Below are positions 55,578 through 59,648 of a stretch of DNA of 59,648 nt, piece after piece. The stretch comes from Spirochaetota bacterium. Lineage in GTDB: Bacteria; Spirochaetota; UBA4802; JAFGJZ01. Location: assembly GCA_016928815.1 (NCBI GenBank), contig JAFGJZ010000185.1:1-59648 (forward strand), read 5' to 3'. The notes beneath the pieces were generated by a model, which saw nothing but the letters and a program-made list of their open reading frames with translations, was not told the DNA's origin and did not search any database. Both the position numbers and the translations under genes were made by a program. The stretch's first letter is position 1. The number at the start of each line of letters is the position of its first letter.

Positions 55578-57854
55578 TCAATCCTCAATGAGATTCATGA
55601 CATAGGCGCTTTTAATAAACAGAATTGCCGGCATGTCATTATACTTTTCAATTTCCTTTTCGAAGAAAAATTTATTCAGATTAAAAAGACGGGACTTTTC
55701 TTTTTCGATGTAATTCCCCGGCATACCCATCATCACAAGATCCGCACCCGATGAAGTTTCACGAAGTACAGTATCAAATGAATCTTCCGAATACGGGAGA
55801 ATTACCACTTCACCGCTGAGTCTTGCTTTTTTCAGAAGGACTGTCAGTTCATCTGTTGCGGTTTCTTCCGGTTCATCCTTATTCAGTCTTCTGATTATCC
55901 TTATTTTATATGCTTTGCGCGTATTTGCGACAAGTGAAGCACTCATGATATATGCCAGCAGAACCATGAAATTTCCGTTTTTCTCTCCGCGCCACCAGAT
56001 GTCAATTTTGTCGCCTGATCCGAACTTGGATCCGTTTTTAAGCAGCAATACATTTTTATTCAGAGCAAGTATTTTATTAAGTACTTTTACATTATCAATT
56101 TTTTTAGTATATTCCAGTAATATTGTATTAAGTTCCATTCCGCCCGCTACAGGAAGCTGAACTATACTTAAAATCGATTGTGTCATATCACCGACTTTTA
56201 ATAACGTCGCAGGTACTGAATATTCGTCCGGGAGTGAACTATCATCTTCATCCGTCTTTTCAACTGCAAGAACATTTAGTGAAACAATTCCTTTATGTGC
56301 AGCAATGACAGATGCAAGCTGTGAAATCTGTTTCCGGTTGCTGTCTTTTTCCGAAAAGGTAATCGCAGACATAATCGGACGCCAGTTTTTTGTTCCCATT
56401 ACGATTTTATTCAGAGCCTTCAATCCTCTTGATATAAGTGAAAAGAGAACACCCCACCAGACACCTTCAAGTTTGCCTTTGGCCTTGTATTTCAGAAGAA
56501 GCTGGAAAATGATAAACTGGGTTATTACAATACCAAGTCCAATGACCCAGCTGAATAAAATAATTGCTATCAGAGCAGACAGAAATCCGTATAGTGAAAT
56601 CAACCAATGCCCCCTGGATGTCGGACGGAAAGTCGGGTTGCCGCTTATACGCTCAAGGAATGCAGAACCGTTAACCCATCCGTATACAACCAGATAGGAG
56701 ATACCGACAATGGTTGCTGCCAGATTCAGACTTCCCATCCAGATGACCGCAAGTCCGATAAAAAAAGTAATGAGGGTTGCAAACCTCGGTTCATTACCGC
56801 CTTTTTTAAAATCATTGCTCAAAAAATATGTAATACGGGGAAGCAGATCATCCCTGCTTATTGACTGGAGAGTTCTCGGAGCTGTCATGAAGCAGCTGAG
56901 TGCAGAAGAACTTGTCGCAAATAAAATTCCGACTAAAACCATGACTCCCATTATGTTAAACGGAAATAATTTCTGAAAACCGAGAAGGTCAGTAAGTATG
57001 TTGCCTGACGGATTGCCGTTGATGTATTCCGTAACAAGAGATTCCGGTCGCATTAGAGAAAAAATGACTGTACTGACAAAATAAACACAGAAAGTTACTC
57101 CTATAGCCCAGAATGTTCCTTTTACAAGACTTGATTTCGGATCTTTGAGATCTCTACTCATTCCGACTCCGGCATCTATTCCGGTTACTGCCGGAAAAAA
57201 TGTTGCAAAAGCTACGAAAAAAATTCCAACAGTAGTTGTTCTGGAACCGAATAAGTTAAATCCTTCACTAATACCGGAGTAAAGCAAATGTCTATTAAAA
57301 GTAATTCCTGTCAACGGTGAAATCAATATTGCAGCAATACTGGAAAATAATATGACGAAAATCAGAATCTGAATCTTTAATGTAAAATCAGCACCTATAA
57401 TTGCAAAAATGAAAAATATCAGATACACTGCCGTAGCAATCATTTGTTTCTGTAAAAGTATATCTGCAGCACCGGTTCCGGCAAATGCCGGGATAAATTT
57501 CAGGAACGGAGTAATAACCGCCTGAAGAGGTTCGGCAAAACCTATACAGTAAAATCCGATTGATGCCGCCTGAGCGAAAAACAACTGAATACCGATCGAT
57601 CCGCCGAATGCTTTTCCGAGCGAACGCTTTGAAAGGGCATACATGCCTCCCCCGCCGATATTATTAAGATTAGTTGCACAGTCAGCAAGTGAAAACGAAG
57701 TTGCGAAAGTGACGGAATGTGCAAGAAGCAGAATACCGATCATCGGTATTAAACCGATGTCTCCGACAAGAGTCGGAAGCAGAAGGAAAAGAACGGTTCC
57801 GAGAATTGCTTCGGTTGATGGAACAAAAACTCCTTTAAAAGTTCCGAATTTCAT
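55578..57854 (-). CDS. Prokaryotic cation-chloride cotransporter (SLC12/APC family) homologue
   Basis: KFGTF.GVF.P, GGGMY..S.RSLG..FGGSIG, FFPAVTG, APRTLQ, P.FRP, KNWRP, IDIWWRG..NG. Confidence 0.88.
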   Translation of the reverse strand: MKFGTFKGVFVPSTEAILGTVLFLLLPTLVGDIGLIPMIGILLLAHSVTFATSFSLADCATNLNNIGGGGMYALSKRSLGKAFGGSIGIQLFFAQAASIGFYCIGFAEPLQAVITPFLKFIPAFAGTGAADILLQKQMIATAVYLIFFIFAIIGADFTLKIQILIFVILFSSIAAILISPLTGITFNRHLLYSGISEGFNLFGSRTTTVGIFFVAFATFFPAVTGIDAGVGMSRDLKDPKSSLVKGTFWAIGVTFCVYFVSTVIFSLMRPESLVTEYINGNPSGNILTDLLGFQKLFPFNIMGVMVLVGILFATSSSALSCFMTAPRTLQSISRDDLLPRITYFLSNDFKKGGNEPRFATLITFFIGLAVIWMGSLNLAATIVGISYLVVYGWVNGSAFLERISGNPTFRPTSRGHWLISLYGFLSALIAIILFSWVIGLGIVITQFIIFQLLLKYKAKGKLEGVWWGVLFSLISRGLKALNKIVMGTKNWRPIMSAITFSEKDSNRKQISQLASVIAAHKGIVSLNVLAVEKTDEDDSSLPDEYSVPATLLKVGDMTQSILSIVQLPVAGGMELNTILLEYTKKIDNVKVLNKILALNKNVLLLKNGSKFGSGDKIDIWWRGEKNGNFMVLLAYIMSASLVANTRKAYKIRIIRRLNKDEPEETATDELTVLLKKARLSGEVVILPYSEDSFDTVLRETSSGADLVMMGMPGNYIEKEKSRLFNLNKFFFEKEIEKYNDMPAILFIKSAYVMNLIED

Positions 57855-57981
57855 TTTATAACTCCGGTTTCAGATTCATTTTGATTTAATAATCACAGAA
57901 AATACATATATTCAACTTAAATTTTTCTGTAAAGAAATTTTCATCAGTAATCAGTGCTTAATGGTTACTACAGTAAAGCAA

Positions 57982-58008
57982 TAACCCCCTTAATAAGGGG
58001 GGTGTTTT
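57982..58008. terminator. Hairpin downstream of the hydrolase gene
   Basis: CCCCCTTA-a-TAAGGGGG. Confidence 0.5.
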
Positions 58009-58044
58009 TAATATGCCTTCGATTGTCATTCAAACGACAGACAA

Positions 58045-58797
58045 CTAATTTTTTCTGTTCCGTTTCAAACCCTCGTAGACCAGTTTCGGATCAAGAACGT
58101 GTCCTTCCGGGTGAGTTGCAGTATCAACCTGCCAGCCGAGTTTCCGCAGATATTCAGATGCATCTTTACCGTGATCATCAGGCTCAAGTTGTCCCCAGAA
58201 CATAAATGCCGGAATTCGAACTGCATTTTTTAATTCAGGATTTTTTTCAAGCTCCCAGGAAAGTACTGTTCCGAATCCGCCGGAGGCAGTAACAAGTTTG
58301 TCAAAAAGAGGAAACCCGTCTTTCTGCATTTTATTAATCGCACTGAAACCCTGTGCCATTATTGCACCTGCTGACCAGCCGAAAAGCTGAATACTCTGAG
58401 GTTTAACCCATGACTGTGAACGGAAAGTTTTAAGAATACGGATTATAAGTTTTGTATCATCCGAATTTCGCTGTTCAATCCAGCCCATATGATTTGTTTC
58501 AACAAAGAATAGAACAATACCAAGCTCTTCAGCATATTCCTCCCAGTAATAACGTGATGAAAGAGAACGGGAAAGTTCACCATAACCGTGAAGTACAACT
58601 GTTACAGGCCACTGATTTGTGTCAGATAATTTCCAGTCCAGAGGCAGATACAGTCTGCCGCCTGGAAGGTCTGTAAAAGTTCCGGGTTTTATATCAGAAA
58701 TTCCGTCCAGGAATTCTGATTTTTCAAATCTGCACGAGACACTGCAGTAAAGGATGCAGAGTAATAAAACCGATTTTAATAAATTATTTTTATTCAT
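58045..58797 (-). CDS. Alpha/beta hydrolase (esterase), probable lipoprotein
   Basis: Lipobox-like SVSC, VVLHG, nucleophile GWSAG, D...GH. Confidence 0.8.
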   Translation of the reverse strand: MNKNNLLKSVLLLCILYCSVSCRFEKSEFLDGISDIKPGTFTDLPGGRLYLPLDWKLSDTNQWPVTVVLHGYGELSRSLSSRYYWEEYAEELGIVLFFVETNHMGWIEQRNSDDTKLIIRILKTFRSQSWVKPQSIQLFGWSAGAIMAQGFSAINKMQKDGFPLFDKLVTASGGFGTVLSWELEKNPELKNAVRIPAFMFWGQLEPDDHGKDASEYLRKLGWQVDTATHPEGHVLDPKLVYEGLKRNRKN

Positions 58798-58855
58798 TCT
58801 ATGATTTTTATAATTATAAATAAAATGTCAACTTAAAAGCAGACTATATTCCTGA

Positions 58856-59545
58856 TTATTTTTTAGGAGCTATTCTTTTGACGCCTTCCCGTGCTTCTTC
58901 GAGTTTCAGTTTGTCTTCAGCAGATAAAGATTCCCATCCTTCCTGCTGGATAGAATCAAATATGCCGTCAATCTGATTTTTATATTGCAGATAATTCTTT
59001 ATATCAATTACGTTATTTTTATTTTTTAAAGATTTATTTTTTCTCTGCAGTTTTTTAAATTTAAATGGAATTTTAAAATATGAAAATATTCTCCATGCCT
59101 GAACTCCATCATAATTTTTAACAGGCAGAATATTAATTACAATTAAAAATATATTCAATATGATTAAAACATACAAAACCGGAAAATAAAAAATATTTTC
59201 TTCACTGACATTATACCAGTTCAAAAAATAATATACGATACCGGCTACTGCCAGAATTACCCCCTGGAAAATAACTCCGCCCCATGAAATGACAGTTGAC
59301 TGGAAATCAGTTGCATAACCCGAATGATAACATTTACCACCGGTAATATTTATTTCAATTGCATGAACGGGAATGTGAAAAATGCGGCACATAAAAGCAT
59401 GGCCGATTTCGTGAGCAAGAATCAAAAAAATATAGAAAAACAGAGATACCGGACTGAATCCTAAAAAAAACAGACTTAATAATATGGACCAACCGACACT
59501 GATCTCAACACTGCGTATTTCAGTTCTGAACAATTCTTTTTTCAA
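58856..59545 (-). CDS. M50 (site-2) metalloprotease with a C-terminal DUF6576-like tail
   Basis: HEIGH, NILP...YDG; tail ID.IFD.I...G.ESLS.EDK. Confidence 0.85.
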   Translation of the reverse strand: MKKELFRTEIRSVEISVGWSILLSLFFLGFSPVSLFFYIFLILAHEIGHAFMCRIFHIPVHAIEINITGGKCYHSGYATDFQSTVISWGGVIFQGVILAVAGIVYYFLNWYNVSEENIFYFPVLYVLIILNIFLIVINILPVKNYDGVQAWRIFSYFKIPFKFKKLQRKNKSLKNKNNVIDIKNYLQYKNQIDGIFDSIQQEGWESLSAEDKLKLEEAREGVKRIAPKK

Positions 59546-59572
59546 TTTCTACTCCAATAAACTTTCATCATT

Positions 59573-59647
59573 TTACTTTTTAGTTCTTAAGTCTAACGAA
59601 GTAATATAATCAATATATTTCTGAGCTAATTCTTTATCTTTATGATT
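59573..59647 (-). CDS. 3' end of a CDS cut by the window edge
   Basis: Open frame NHKDKELAQKYIDYITSLDLRTKK-TAA just upstream of the M50 gene. Confidence 0.45.
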   Translation of the reverse strand, partial: NHKDKELAQKYIDYITSLDLRTKK

Positions 59648-59648
59648 T

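Overview
AT-rich bacterial chromosomal window, densely coding, with no rRNA, tRNA or CRISPR array that I can see. It most likely comes from a spirochaete related to Leptospira. This is inferred from an FcpA flagellar-sheath homologue, a spirochaete-type FlgE that keeps the lysinoalanine cross-link residues, and a DUF1564-like gene. Most genes are housekeeping: lepA, ppnP, mtaB, yggS-proC, mutS2, plsB-like, fliK-flgD-flgE, trpS, degP, panB-folK, PanP-type decarboxylase, murB, FKBP, cysS-rlmB-mazG, the moxR/bat operon, two hemerythrins, tdk and ndk. The most unusual elements are: (1) an HUH/Y1 RAYT-like transposase flanked on both sides, in direct orientation, by a non-canonical 23-bp repeat plus a 28-bp hairpin cap, next to a broken dedA remnant; (2) a polarised 17 x 7-bp intergenic array; (3) a DUF4405 / small Cys-rich gene junction on an A9 tract where one base more or less gives a clean stop-start or a fusion; (4) a DEDDh exonuclease-WYL fusion; and (5) a prokaryotic cation-chloride-cotransporter homologue with acidic substitutions at ion-site motifs. 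All family calls come from motif recognition by eye; no database searches were run.
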